From positions 1-58,555 of the forward strand of contig CAZKYQ010000002.1 in NCBI GenBank assembly GCA_964556975.1: a stretch of 58,555 nucleotides of DNA, read 5' to 3'. The stretch's first letter is position 1. Every line of letters starts with the position of its first letter. The stretch is from an uncultured Ignavibacteria bacterium. GTDB lineage: Bacteria > Zixibacteria > MSB-5A5 > UBA10806. The notes under the pieces are model-generated. The model did no database searches and had not been told where the DNA came from. It saw only the letters and a program-made list of their open reading frames with translations. A program made the translations under genes and the position numbers. Of this stretch, positions 26,753 through 36,346 are shown in pieces.

Positions 26753-28518
26753 TGGGCCATTTCTTTCAAAATGTAGGCCAAATGGCTGGATTTTTCCTTA
26801 ACGAGGCAGGGATTGACAAACCCCAAAAGGAAAATAAGCAGACTGCGGGAACTTTGCCATTTGAGTCGGTTCTTCAATCTCTAAGAGGCGCAAAACCTGA
26901 AAACATTACGGATTTACCGAATAATAATAGTTCAACGGCTGTTGATTTTATTGAAAGCAAAGAATCTGAAATAGAGCTTAAAGAAAAAATCGATCTAAGT
27001 TCTGAGGTTTTAAAACTCTGCATATCAAAAAGTAAAAATACGGTAACGCTTGAAATTCCACCCGAGATAAGCTCCCAAATTACGGATGGTCTTTTGGCGC
27101 CGCAAGTTAATAGAAAGGCGGGATGGTCATTTAATGGCAACCTTGCGGAAATAAAACAGAGTTTAGCTCGACCCCTCGATAATAACTCCGCCATCTACAA
27201 AATATCCTTCAAACCGGCGGATCTTCTCGCGACTGAGGCCACGATGAATAATCGAATGGCCCAAGCGACAATTTCCAATCCTATTTCAGCGGGAATTCCT
27301 CATCAAGTTGAAATATCGACTCTCATTCAACTTGTCAGCGAATATCCCGAGCCAATTCGTTTGGATGTGGAGATTCTTCCTGAAATAGAGGGAGAAATTG
27401 ATAAAGCTCTGCCTGTCTTGCCCAAGAATAGCGGCGTTAAGTCGTCATTTAAATTTGATCTAAGGAATTTGTTTGAAAACGGCTCAGCAAAAGATTCAGG
27501 ACTTACCGAAGGTATCAGAACCATAACAGGAAAAAACATTTCAAAAATTGAACCGGCAAATACGGGCTTAAAAAGTATTAAATCTGTCCAGGCCGCGGAA
27601 TTCAATAACCAAATATTTAATATTGATAAAGGCCAATCGATAACAGGCCATTCCAATTTCAATAAGATAATCCAAAATAATGGAAACGCGGCGGAGCCCA
27701 AGCTTGATTTTGGCGCCATTTTTCAAATGAATAAAAAGACAGCAGACTATTTCCTGAATAGTAATAATAAAAATTCTTTAAAGGAAAATAATAACGCAAG
27801 ACGCAATAATAATGATAAAGTAATTACGAAGACTCTTAGCGAAAAGCAAAAGGCCGGGGCCGGCGAAAGTAAAACCAATGCAAAGGATAATTCCTCCGCG
27901 TTATCCAAAATTTCTGCCGGCTCCGAACCTGTTTCTGAAAATATGCCCTTAAGCAAAGATGGGGTAAAGATATCAAGCGAGCTTACGGCAGCTAACCCAA
28001 ATAACACTATAACGGCAGAGTCAAAGCTGCCCGAAACGGCCATTTCCATGGCAAGAGCAATTGAAAACATCGAAGAGATAAAATCTAATATTCTAAAAAC
28101 CTCAAAGATGGGCCGGACAACTGTTAAAATGAGGCTTCATCCCGAAAATCTGGGGGATATGCGCATTAAGCTAACATGGAATGCGGGCAAGCTATTAGTC
28201 GATTTCAATGTTGAAACCAGAAAGGCCGGCGAAGTAGTTTCGGCGCTTTTGCCGGAATTGAAAGCAAGCCTTGAAGAGAGAAATCTGAAAATTAATAATA
28301 TCAATCTTCTTGTTGATGAAAATAAAGAACCAATGGCTTTTGGACAGGATCGACAATTTTTTTCGGGATCAACAGATGACTATGACAATAAGCAATTTCA
28401 ATTCTCTGAAAAAGAATCGCCGCCGGATGAAATAAATATGCCGGATGAAGATATAGGATCGATTGAAAAAGATAGGCCCCAATCAGTTCAAAACGGTTGG
28501 GTAGACCTTAAAGCATAA
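26752..28518 (+). CDS. fliK: flagellar hook-length control protein FliK
   Basis: 588 aa. Low-complexity N-terminal and middle regions. C-terminal Flg_hook-type domain (VKMRLHPENLGDMRIKLTWNAGKLLVDFNVE). Confidence 0.85.
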   Translation: MGHFFQNVGQMAGFFLNEAGIDKPQKENKQTAGTLPFESVLQSLRGAKPENITDLPNNNSSTAVDFIESKESEIELKEKIDLSSEVLKLCISKSKNTVTLEIPPEISSQITDGLLAPQVNRKAGWSFNGNLAEIKQSLARPLDNNSAIYKISFKPADLLATEATMNNRMAQATISNPISAGIPHQVEISTLIQLVSEYPEPIRLDVEILPEIEGEIDKALPVLPKNSGVKSSFKFDLRNLFENGSAKDSGLTEGIRTITGKNISKIEPANTGLKSIKSVQAAEFNNQIFNIDKGQSITGHSNFNKIIQNNGNAAEPKLDFGAIFQMNKKTADYFLNSNNKNSLKENNNARRNNNDKVITKTLSEKQKAGAGESKTNAKDNSSALSKISAGSEPVSENMPLSKDGVKISSELTAANPNNTITAESKLPETAISMARAIENIEEIKSNILKTSKMGRTTVKMRLHPENLGDMRIKLTWNAGKLLVDFNVETRKAGEVVSALLPELKASLEERNLKINNINLLVDENKEPMAFGQDRQFFSGSTDDYDNKQFQFSEKESPPDEINMPDEDIGSIEKDRPQSVQNGWVDLKA

Positions 28519-28530
28519 GGGGAGCTAAAT

Positions 28531-29259
28531 ATGTCCAGCATTCCAACCTTAGGAAATATCCCTACTCTCAATGGAACCGTTACTGGGAGGGGCAAATCAG
28601 AACTGGGAAAGAATGACTTTCTAAATCTGCTGGTTACGCAGTTGCGTTATCAAGATCCAATGGAACCAATGAAGGATTCGAATTTTATAGCGCAACTCGC
28701 CCAGTTTTCGTCTCTTGAACAGCTTTCAAGTATCAACACTTCGCTGGGCAATTCGACGGAACTTGATTACGTCTTGAGCCAGACCATTGCAAATACTATG
28801 GCGACTACAATTATAGGTAAAGAGATTGTCGCTGAAGGCAATAGCTTACATCACACCTATGAGGACGATGAAACCGTGCATTTTAATCTTGCCGCGGATG
28901 CCAAAGATGTCAAGGTGAAAATTTATGATGAGTCAGGAACATTGGTCAGAACGATAACAGTCCAAAACCTTGAAGAAGGCAAAAACTCAGTTGGCTGGGA
29001 TGGAAAGGACGATTCCGGTTCGAAAATCGCAGGGGGAGATTATACATTTGAGGTCGAAGCCAAAAACTCCGCGGATGAAAACATTGATGTAAGTACCCGG
29101 ATAGTCGGTGTTGTAGACTCCGTTCGTTATGAGAATGGTCGAGGATATTTGGTTATTAACGGGCAGCTGATAGATATGTCAGACATTCTTGAGGTTAATT
29201 TGCCGAGCAGTTCTGAAGGCGGCGGTTCCGATGAAGAAGGCAGTCCATATTGGAATTAA
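28531..29259 (+). CDS. flgD: flagellar hook assembly/capping protein FlgD
   Basis: 242 aa. [35 protein letters not shown], and a FlgD Ig-like C-terminal part. Confidence 0.93.
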   Translation: MSSIPTLGNIPTLNGTVTGRGKSELGKNDFLNLLVTQLRYQDPMEPMKDSNFIAQLAQFSSLEQLSSINTSLGNSTELDYVLSQTIANTMATTIIGKEIVAEGNSLHHTYEDDETVHFNLAADAKDVKVKIYDESGTLVRTITVQNLEEGKNSVGWDGKDDSGSKIAGGDYTFEVEAKNSADENIDVSTRIVGVVDSVRYENGRGYLVINGQLIDMSDILEVNLPSSSEGGGSDEEGSPYWN

Positions 29260-29293
29260 AAATAATAATTAGAAGTCTTTTAAGGAGGTGGTA

Positions 29294-29683
29294 ATGGAAA
29301 ACTATCGGATCGGCGGCGTGAGAGTCGATCAAATCAAGCAAAGGGCAGAGGTCGGTAAAACTCCGGCCAAGGCTAAGGTACAAAATAAAGATTTTGTAAA
29401 ACAGCTTGATAATTCCTTGAAAAACATCGCGAGCCTGAAATTTTCCGGACATGCCATTGAAAGATTGGCCGGCAGGGGTGTTGAGATAACAGGCGAAACA
29501 GCCCAGCGTCTTGAAAACGCTATAGATGTCGCCCAACAGAAGGGTTCCCGGGATTCTTTGGTGCTTTTGGATGAATTGGCGTTTGTGGTTTCCGTAAAAA
29601 ACAGGACGGTTATCACCGCATGCAATACTCAGAGCATGAAAGACGGAGTTTTTACAAAAATTGATAGCACAATACTTGGATAA
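29294..29683 (+). CDS. flagellar operon protein of unknown function (TIGR02530-like, found between flgD and flgE)
   Basis: About 129 aa. FSGHAIERLAGRGVEIT...AFVVSVKNRTVITA pattern. AAGGAGG RBS 5 nt upstream of ATG 29294. Confidence 0.65.
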   Translation: MENYRIGGVRVDQIKQRAEVGKTPAKAKVQNKDFVKQLDNSLKNIASLKFSGHAIERLAGRGVEITGETAQRLENAIDVAQQKGSRDSLVLLDELAFVVSVKNRTVITACNTQSMKDGVFTKIDSTILG

Positions 29684-29782
29684 TTTAAACGGCTGGACCC
29701 CCATAGGGGAAGCCATTACCCGCGCCCGAATGGCGCGAAATACCGTTCATGCCAAATTTGAGCGGTTTGGAGGGAATTTATT

Positions 29783-32086
29783 ATGATGGCATCACTTTTT
29801 GCCGGCGTCTCAGGCCTGAAAAATCATCAGGTCAGAATGAATGTTGTCGGCGATAACATCGCTAACGTCAATACTATTGGATATAAAGTCGGACGCGCGA
29901 CATTCCAGGAAGCTCTTGTGCAGACTATGAGGGGCGCAAGCAGGCCTTCAAGCACAAAGGGCGGGACTAACCCGATTCAGCTCGGGCTGGGAATGAGCGT
30001 CGCTACAATCGATAACCTTTTTCTTCAGGGGGGATTGGAAACTACCGGGCAGGTAACAGATCTTGGTATTCAAGGTTCAGGATTTTTCGTTGTTTCTGAT
30101 GGACGACAAAACTACTACACACGGTCCGGCGCTTTTGGTTTTGATGCCGAGTCAAATATGGTAGGCTTATCTACAGGATATGTTTTGCAGGGTAAAATGG
30201 CAGACGTTAACGGAAGCATACTGGCCAGTTCGCCTATTGGAAATATCGTAATGCCCTTTGGCCAGCAAGATCCCGCCCGTGAGACATCCGAAATCGAAAT
30301 GGGAATGAACCTTGACTCTGCCGCTACTGATTCCGAAGCAACCCTGGTTTCTGCAGGCAACTCTAATATTATTTCAGTCTCCGGAGACGCTACAAACGGT
30401 TCCGGCGGACAGCATGTAGTTACCATTTCAGGAACTAATGCACAGTACTCGGAGCTTTCGGGCGCGCATATTAATACCCTTGATGATGTTGTAGCCGGCG
30501 ATGTCGGCACAGTCGTAGGGGGAGCGGGCTCGGGGACCTTGCCGGCAGACAACTATGTTTATACTGTTATAGCGGTGAACTCGCTAGGGCAATCAACCGG
30601 AGCCGAGATTACGGTAAATGGCGTGCTCGCGAACGGTTCTGTGGATCTAACAATCAATTACGCGGACCCCGATGTTGCTTCTATTCAGATATACAGGCGT
30701 CAGGCAGGCGGAACCTACGGCGGGACCCTTGGCGGAAAAATCTATGATAACGCCTATGCGGCTCCCGGCCCCCTAAACTGGACTGATGATGGCGCCATAT
30801 CCGGCGATGGAACTTCTCCTCCTACTGTAAACGCCACTCTGACTTTGACCGCCAATAGTAAGCTTTCTGACATTGGAGTAACAGATGTTTCCGGTTTCAG
30901 GATGTCGGTTGATGGCGGTACGTGGATAACCTTTCCAACATTGACTACAGGGTCGTCAGTTGGTGAATTAATTTCGGCAATTAACGCCGGCGCTCCGGGC
31001 GTGACGGCATCTTTGCTAAACGGTGAAATTAATATTAAGCGTGATTATGCGGGCGCTTCTACAGCGTATAATATTGATTTTGAGGATTCAGGTACTTCCG
31101 ATATAAGCGCGCAGGTTTTCGGCGCGGGGACTTTCAATGTTAATAATGGGGCCGCGTCAACATTGCAGGCATCAGATGTTTTTACTCCCACAGACCAAAC
31201 AGCGCTGGCAGCAGAAGCTTTGACGTTAGAATTTGATTCAAACACCGGCATTGTAACAGGTTTTTCAGGTTTAGGCGGCGGGGGAGTAACAATTCAAACA
31301 GGCACCGGCGGTCTTGTTGGCGATCCTGATGGCGCCGGACCTGAAGTTTCTTCAATAGTAACAATTGATACGGCCGAAACTCAGCACGCTACGTCTATAA
31401 CAGTCTATGACTCGCAGGGAGGGAAACATAATCTTTCCATAACTTATACGAAATCATGGCTTCCAAATCAATGGTTCTGGGAGGCGTCATTATCTGGTGG
31501 CGAAACAGTCCGCTCGGGCGGAACTGGCGTTGTGAATTTCAACTCAAATGGCTCGCTTGCCTCGTTTACTTATGATAGCGGAGCGTCAAGCCTGAACATT
31601 GATCCCAATAACGGCGCTGACGATTTAGATATCGACCTTTTGGCTGGAACGGCGGGGCTTTTTGATGGTTTGACAGGTTTCGCTTCGGTCGCGACAGCAG
31701 CCGCCAGATCGCAGGATGGATACGGCATGGGTATTCTTTCAAATATAAGCATAGACACTTCAGGGTTGATTACCGGAATATTCACTAATGGAGTCTCCAG
31801 AACATTGGCCCAGATCTATATGGCGGAATTCAACAATTCCGGAGGCTTATTGAAAGCGGGCCAAAGTATTTACAGGGAAACTGCAAATACGGGCTCCGCG
31901 ATAATGAGCATTCCCGGAGAAACAACGGCTTCGACTATTACTTCCGGAGCGCTTGAAATTTCCAATGTTGACCTGGCACAGGAATTCACGAGCATGATAG
32001 TATCTCAACGCGGCTTCCAGGCCAACGCTCGAGTTATAACCACATCGGACCAGATGTTAAACGAACTCGTTAATTTGAAGAGTTAA
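29783..32086 (+). CDS. flgE: flagellar hook protein FlgE (oversized, about 767 aa)
   Basis: N-terminus SLFAGVSGLKNHQVRMNVVGDNIANVNTIGYK. C-terminus SGALEISNVDLAQEFTSMIVSQRGFQANARVITTSDQML. A large central insertion separates them. Confidence 0.93.
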   Translation: MMASLFAGVSGLKNHQVRMNVVGDNIANVNTIGYKVGRATFQEALVQTMRGASRPSSTKGGTNPIQLGLGMSVATIDNLFLQGGLETTGQVTDLGIQGSGFFVVSDGRQNYYTRSGAFGFDAESNMVGLSTGYVLQGKMADVNGSILASSPIGNIVMPFGQQDPARETSEIEMGMNLDSAATDSEATLVSAGNSNIISVSGDATNGSGGQHVVTISGTNAQYSELSGAHINTLDDVVAGDVGTVVGGAGSGTLPADNYVYTVIAVNSLGQSTGAEITVNGVLANGSVDLTINYADPDVASIQIYRRQAGGTYGGTLGGKIYDNAYAAPGPLNWTDDGAISGDGTSPPTVNATLTLTANSKLSDIGVTDVSGFRMSVDGGTWITFPTLTTGSSVGELISAINAGAPGVTASLLNGEINIKRDYAGASTAYNIDFEDSGTSDISAQVFGAGTFNVNNGAASTLQASDVFTPTDQTALAAEALTLEFDSNTGIVTGFSGLGGGGVTIQTGTGGLVGDPDGAGPEVSSIVTIDTAETQHATSITVYDSQGGKHNLSITYTKSWLPNQWFWEASLSGGETVRSGGTGVVNFNSNGSLASFTYDSGASSLNIDPNNGADDLDIDLLAGTAGLFDGLTGFASVATAAARSQDGYGMGILSNISIDTSGLITGIFTNGVSRTLAQIYMAEFNNSGGLLKAGQSIYRETANTGSAIMSIPGETTASTITSGALEISNVDLAQEFTSMIVSQRGFQANARVITTSDQMLNELVNLKS

Positions 32087-32098
32087 TGAAATAATGGA

Positions 32099-32123
32099 TC
32101 AGGGGAGAAGAATTCTCCCCTGA
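32099..32123 (+). terminator. strong stem-loop after flgE (attenuator or mRNA-stabilising hairpin; no T-tract)
   Basis: TCAGGGGAGAA gaa TTCTCCCCTGA forms a perfect 11-bp palindromic stem 13 nt after the flgE stop. No downstream U-run follows. Confidence 0.4.
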
Positions 32124-32277
32124 CCGTAACTTTGGAAAGTTGAACTGATAAACATGACCCGATTAGGCAAAAACGGACTTGCGATAAACTGCAGCATGAT
32201 TTTTCAAAGTCCGCAGAATTTTGGGAAAAAGTCTCAGAGAAATGCTGTCAAATGGGTCAAAGAAGGACTGGTGAGCA

Positions 32278-32886
32278 ATGCCTGAAACAGCCCCGCCTGA
32301 AGCGGTAGAAGAAATAAAAGAGCCTTTGGAGGAAGAGGAATCTTCCGAAGCGGCTCCTAAGAAGGCCAAATCAGGAGGCCTGATGCAGACCATAATAATC
32401 GTAGTAGCAAGTCAGATTATTATGGCCGTTGGAGCGTTTTTCTTTGTCAAACTATATCTGGTGCCTCTCTTAAGCAATGAAACCGCTAAAATTGAGGAAC
32501 AGGTAATTGAAATTGAAAGAGAACCCGCAGAATGGTTTATGATTGAAGACCTTGTAGTCAATCCCGCCGGAACCAAAGGCAAGAGATATCTTTCGGCATC
32601 CATAGGGTTTGATTATGCCAAAGCAATTTTGTCAGAAGAAGATCAGGAGGAATCTTCAGGAGGGGGCGGCCACGGCTCGGCAACAGAATCATCAGGTGGT
32701 TCTGATAAGAGGACGCGGGTGGTCCGAGATTTACTAATCAAGATTCTAACCGCGAAAACAATTGAGCAATTAAGCTCAATCGAAGGGAAGGATTCGCTCA
32801 GAACAGAAATTATGTCAACCCTTAATCACGAAATGGCGCCGGATACAATCTACAAGGTTTATTTTGTAGATTATTTGCTGCAGTAA
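32278..32886 (+). CDS. fliL: flagellar basal body-associated protein FliL
   Basis: 202 aa. Single TM segment. YLSASIGFDY...LRTEIMSTLN...VYFVDYLLQ. Confidence 0.88.
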   Translation: MPETAPPEAVEEIKEPLEEEESSEAAPKKAKSGGLMQTIIIVVASQIIMAVGAFFFVKLYLVPLLSNETAKIEEQVIEIEREPAEWFMIEDLVVNPAGTKGKRYLSASIGFDYAKAILSEEDQEESSGGGGHGSATESSGGSDKRTRVVRDLLIKILTAKTIEQLSSIEGKDSLRTEIMSTLNHEMAPDTIYKVYFVDYLLQ

Positions 32887-32888
32887 TT

Positions 32889-33878
32889 ATGGCACAGGTA
32901 TTATCACAAGACGAAATTGATGCTCTGCTCAGTAACGTCGAAGTAGAAGAGGAATCGGCTGCTCCGGTTGCGGCCGCGGTTCAATCAAGACATGTTGAAA
33001 GCGGGCGCAAAGCTGTCCTATACGATTTTAAACATCCGAATAGAGTATCGAAGGATCAGCTAAGGTCGTTGGAATCATTACACGATAATTTTGCCAATCA
33101 ATTCGGTTCCGCCCTTTCCGGCTTCACCCGCTCAGTGGTGGACGTGGACCTGATCTCTGTAGATCAGATTACCTATTCTGAGTTCGTTATGTCTCTCGCG
33201 ACCCCGTCATGTACTTATGTTTTTGCCCTTAGCCCCATAGAGGGCGCGGGAATCCTCGATTTCAATCCGTCGGTAGCGTTTTCATTTGTTGACAGGATGT
33301 TCGGGGGCAAGGGTAAGGCCCTGACGACGGAGCGAGAATTGACGGGAATTGAAAGATCGATAATGTCGAAAATTATTGCCAGAGCATTTCAAGGATTGGG
33401 AAAATCATGGGAACATGTAGATAAGCTTGAATTCAAACAATCCGCCTTTGAGAGCAACCCGCAATTCATTCAAATTGTGCCGCCCGGCGAAACAGTGATT
33501 GTAGTCTCGCTTCAAATTAAGATGCTTTCGTCTTCAGGATTAATAACTTTATGCTATCCATATCTCACATTGGAACCAATAATGGAAAAGCTTTCCGCTC
33601 AACATTGGATCGAGGCAAAAAAAAGAAGCGATGAAGGCAACCGATTTGAATCTAATACTAAAAGCATCTCTGAGGTCAAGACGAAAATCACGGCTTTTCT
33701 GGGAAACACAACGCTTACCCTTAAAGACTTTATTGGCTTAAAACCGGGCGATGTAGTCCGTTTGGACGAGAGCGAGAGCGATGATAGCGTAATATTCATC
33801 GGAGATAGCAAGAAATTTGTGGGCAGGCCGGGCATCATGGGAAGAAATAAAGCTGTGAAAATAACTAATATAATCTAA
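32889..33878 (+). CDS. fliM: flagellar motor switch protein FliM
   Basis: 329 aa. N-terminal CheY-P docking motif LSQDEIDALL. GGKG-type motif MFGGKGK. Confidence 0.95.
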   Translation: MAQVLSQDEIDALLSNVEVEEESAAPVAAAVQSRHVESGRKAVLYDFKHPNRVSKDQLRSLESLHDNFANQFGSALSGFTRSVVDVDLISVDQITYSEFVMSLATPSCTYVFALSPIEGAGILDFNPSVAFSFVDRMFGGKGKALTTERELTGIERSIMSKIIARAFQGLGKSWEHVDKLEFKQSAFESNPQFIQIVPPGETVIVVSLQIKMLSSSGLITLCYPYLTLEPIMEKLSAQHWIEAKKRSDEGNRFESNTKSISEVKTKITAFLGNTTLTLKDFIGLKPGDVVRLDESESDDSVIFIGDSKKFVGRPGIMGRNKAVKITNII

Positions 33879-33889
33879 AGGGGAGTACT

Positions 33890-34660
33890 ATGCCGGATGA
33901 AGAACTGAATGAAAGCAATCCTGAAGAGAACGGCCCGGCGCCGGATAATCCTGCTGATGAAAATAGCAGCGAGGAAAAAACGCCCGATCCGGAATCTACA
34001 GATGATTCAACCGCCGACAATATAAAAGAGCCTTCAATGGAAAGCCCAGCATCTGATTCGCCCGAAGATGTAAAGACTTCTGAGGCGAGCGAACCATCAA
34101 GCGAAGATACTAAAACTGAAGCCTCTAAAGATGATTCGGGCGATCTGTCCCAGGATGAAATAGACGCCGCGTTTAATTCGGTAAACGGCGCTCCAAGCGA
34201 AGAGAAAAGTTCGTCTGGAGATGCGGCGATTGAATTGTCTCAAGATGAACTTGAGACCGCCTTGAATGGAGAGGCATCGGCGCCCGAATCGCGTCCGGAA
34301 CCGGACAATGCCGGCCTGCAGCAATCAGCGGACGATAATATCAATATTGTAAAGCCGAAGAAGTTTGAAGACTTTAGCGGCATTGAGAAGAGCGGGGAAG
34401 AACAAAATATAGATATACTTCTGGATGTAACCCTTCCCGTCGCAATCGAACTTGGAAGAACTTCGATGCCAATCCAAGATATACTTAATCTCGGCCCCGG
34501 CTCTGTTGTAGAATTAAACCGCCTTGCCGGAGAACCGGTTGATCTTTTGGTCAATGATAAGCTGATTGCCAGGGGCGAAGTTGTAGTTGTGGACGAGAAT
34601 TTCGGCGTAAGAATAACCAGCATGGTTTCCCCAGAAGAACGTTTGAAAGGCCTTGTATAG
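33890..34660 (+). CDS. fliN: flagellar motor switch protein FliN with about 170-aa acidic N-terminal extension
   Basis: C-terminal SpoA/FliN domain (LLDVTLPVAIELGRTSMPIQDILNLGPGSVVELNRLAGEPVDLLVNDKLIARGEVVVVDENFGVRI). The N-terminus is D/E/S/P-rich. Confidence 0.92.
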   Translation: MPDEELNESNPEENGPAPDNPADENSSEEKTPDPESTDDSTADNIKEPSMESPASDSPEDVKTSEASEPSSEDTKTEASKDDSGDLSQDEIDAAFNSVNGAPSEEKSSSGDAAIELSQDELETALNGEASAPESRPEPDNAGLQQSADDNINIVKPKKFEDFSGIEKSGEEQNIDILLDVTLPVAIELGRTSMPIQDILNLGPGSVVELNRLAGEPVDLLVNDKLIARGEVVVVDENFGVRITSMVSPEERLKGLV

Positions 34661-35127
34661 TGCCGAGTTTACCGGCTAAAGTATCAGGATTGCTGATAGC
34701 GTTATGCTCGGCATGTTTCGCTCAGACCGCGGATATTGACAGCCTGACAAGCCTGCCCCAATTGGATTATTCCCCCTCTCTGATCGGTATTATATTCAAG
34801 CTGCTGCTTTCTATGGTTCTGATAGTCGGCCTGATTTATCTTTCGACTTTTTTAATTAAAAAAGTAAATACTCGCGCGGCAGGCGGCGGGACAGTCGGAG
34901 ATACTATTAAAATTATCGGGAGGACATTTTTATCGCCCAAGCAGGCGCTTTATCTTGTGAAAATCGGAGAACGATACGCAGTCCTCGGCGCTACGGAAAA
35001 CAATATTAATATGATAAGGGAATTAAGCGGCAGCGAAGCCGAATATTTTAAAAATACAAAAAAAAATCCGGCAGGCCCGGCCGGTTCGAAATTCGCCGCC
35101 ATTTTTAAAGGTCTGATAAAGCAGTGA
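34660..35127 (+). CDS. fliO: flagellar biosynthesis protein FliO/FliZ
   Basis: 155 aa. Single TM segment (LLLSMVLIVGLIYL). RYAVLG-type motif. Located between fliN and fliP. GTG start. Confidence 0.8.
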   Translation: MPSLPAKVSGLLIALCSACFAQTADIDSLTSLPQLDYSPSLIGIIFKLLLSMVLIVGLIYLSTFLIKKVNTRAAGGGTVGDTIKIIGRTFLSPKQALYLVKIGERYAVLGATENNINMIRELSGSEAEYFKNTKKNPAGPAGSKFAAIFKGLIKQ

Positions 35128-35873
35128 AAAACTTTCTATTGCTATTTGTTTTATGCGCCATAGTGATTATGGCCGTTCCCGAAAGCGCTTCGGCGCAGGG
35201 AATTCCAAAAATCTCGATAGGGTTTGACCAATCAGATAAAGCCGAGGACATGTCGGTCGCTTTGCAGATCCTTCTTCTGCTTACCGTCTTATCGCTTGCC
35301 CCTGCTGTAATAATTTTATTAACATCATTTGTTAGAATAATAATTGTATTTTCATTTTTGCGCCAAGCGGTTGGGACCCATCAAATGCCGCCCAACCAGC
35401 TTTTAATCGGATTGGCACTGGTTCTAACCGTGTTTATTATGGCGCCGGCAATTGAGCAGATTAACAATAACGCATTACAGCCTTATCTCGCGGGTGATAT
35501 AAATCAAAGCGAGGCATTCAACGCCGGAATGGAGCCGCTAAGAGAGTTTATGTTAAGGCAAACAAGGGAAAAAGACCTGGCGCTTTTTGTCTCTCTCGCG
35601 AATATTCCTCAGCCGGAATCGCCTAAGGAGCTGCCAACGCATTTAATCATACCGGGCTTTGTAATCTCGGAAATGAGGATAGCTTTTCAGATCGGCTTTC
35701 TGCTATACATCCCGTTTCTTGTCATAGATATGGTTGTCGCTTCGGTATTAATGTCTATGGGCATGCTCATGCTTCCGCCGATTATGGTGTCATTGCCTTT
35801 TAAAATATTGCTTTTTGTTCTCGTTGACGGATGGTATTTGATTATCAAATCTGTCGTGATGGGCTTTCATTAG
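35124..35873 (+). CDS. fliP: flagellar export apparatus protein FliP
   Basis: 249 aa. TSFVRIIIVFSFLRQAVGT and FQIGFLLYIPFLVIDMVVASVLMSMGM. Confidence 0.96.
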   Translation: MKNFLLLFVLCAIVIMAVPESASAQGIPKISIGFDQSDKAEDMSVALQILLLLTVLSLAPAVIILLTSFVRIIIVFSFLRQAVGTHQMPPNQLLIGLALVLTVFIMAPAIEQINNNALQPYLAGDINQSEAFNAGMEPLREFMLRQTREKDLALFVSLANIPQPESPKELPTHLIIPGFVISEMRIAFQIGFLLYIPFLVIDMVVASVLMSMGMLMLPPIMVSLPFKILLFVLVDGWYLIIKSVVMGFH

Positions 35874-35901
35874 TTTATTTGGTCTTATGGGAATTTAGAA
35901 A

Positions 35902-36168
35902 ATGGAAACTCAATATATTGTAGATATTGCAAGAGAATCAATCTATACGGTTTTATTAGTTTCGGCGCCAATGCTGTGTCTTGCGCTTGTTGTCGGCTTA
36001 TCGATTTCTATCTTGCAGGCCGTCACACAAATACAGGAAATGACACTCACTTTTATACCCAAAATTGTAGCTGTCGCAATTGCGCTGGTTATTTTTTTGC
36101 CGTGGATGATTACCACAATTGTCAGTTTCGCGGGCGGTCTTTTTCAAATGATCCCCGGCCTTAGCTAA
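35902..36168 (+). CDS. fliQ: flagellar export apparatus protein FliQ
   Basis: 88 aa, two TM segments. LLVSAPMLCLALVVGLSISILQAVTQIQEMTLTFIPK. Confidence 0.95.
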   Translation: METQYIVDIARESIYTVLLVSAPMLCLALVVGLSISILQAVTQIQEMTLTFIPKIVAVAIALVIFLPWMITTIVSFAGGLFQMIPGLS

Positions 36169-36301
36169 GAGGGCATTTTTTTTACACTTACAGGGAATTA
36201 TTTTCCGGCCTCGGAGTTATTTTTTTAGTTTGTTACAGTCTTCACACCCATAACCTCTTAACAATCAAGAATATACGCGCATTCTATACTGACCGGCATG
36301 A

Positions 36302-36317
36302 CGGCATAAGCATTGCT
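36302..36317 (+). promoter_or_regulatory. sigma54-type promoter cGGCAT-N5-TTGCT upstream of fliR
   Basis: GG at 36303-36304 and GC at 36315-36316, 10 nt between. It sits in an unusual 178-nt fliQ-fliR gap, 30 nt upstream of the fliR ATG, with a GGAAGGA RBS. Confidence 0.55.
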
Positions 36318-36346
36318 TTAATTGAGCGTCGGAAGGAATTGAAAAT

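Noticed and set aside
29721-29737. A small GC hairpin (CGCGCC-cgaat-GGCGCG) and a TGGCGC-like sequence upstream of flgE, considered as a promoter or terminator.
   Set aside because: No U-tract follows the hairpin. The sigma54-like match has CG rather than GC at -12 and lacks TTGC.
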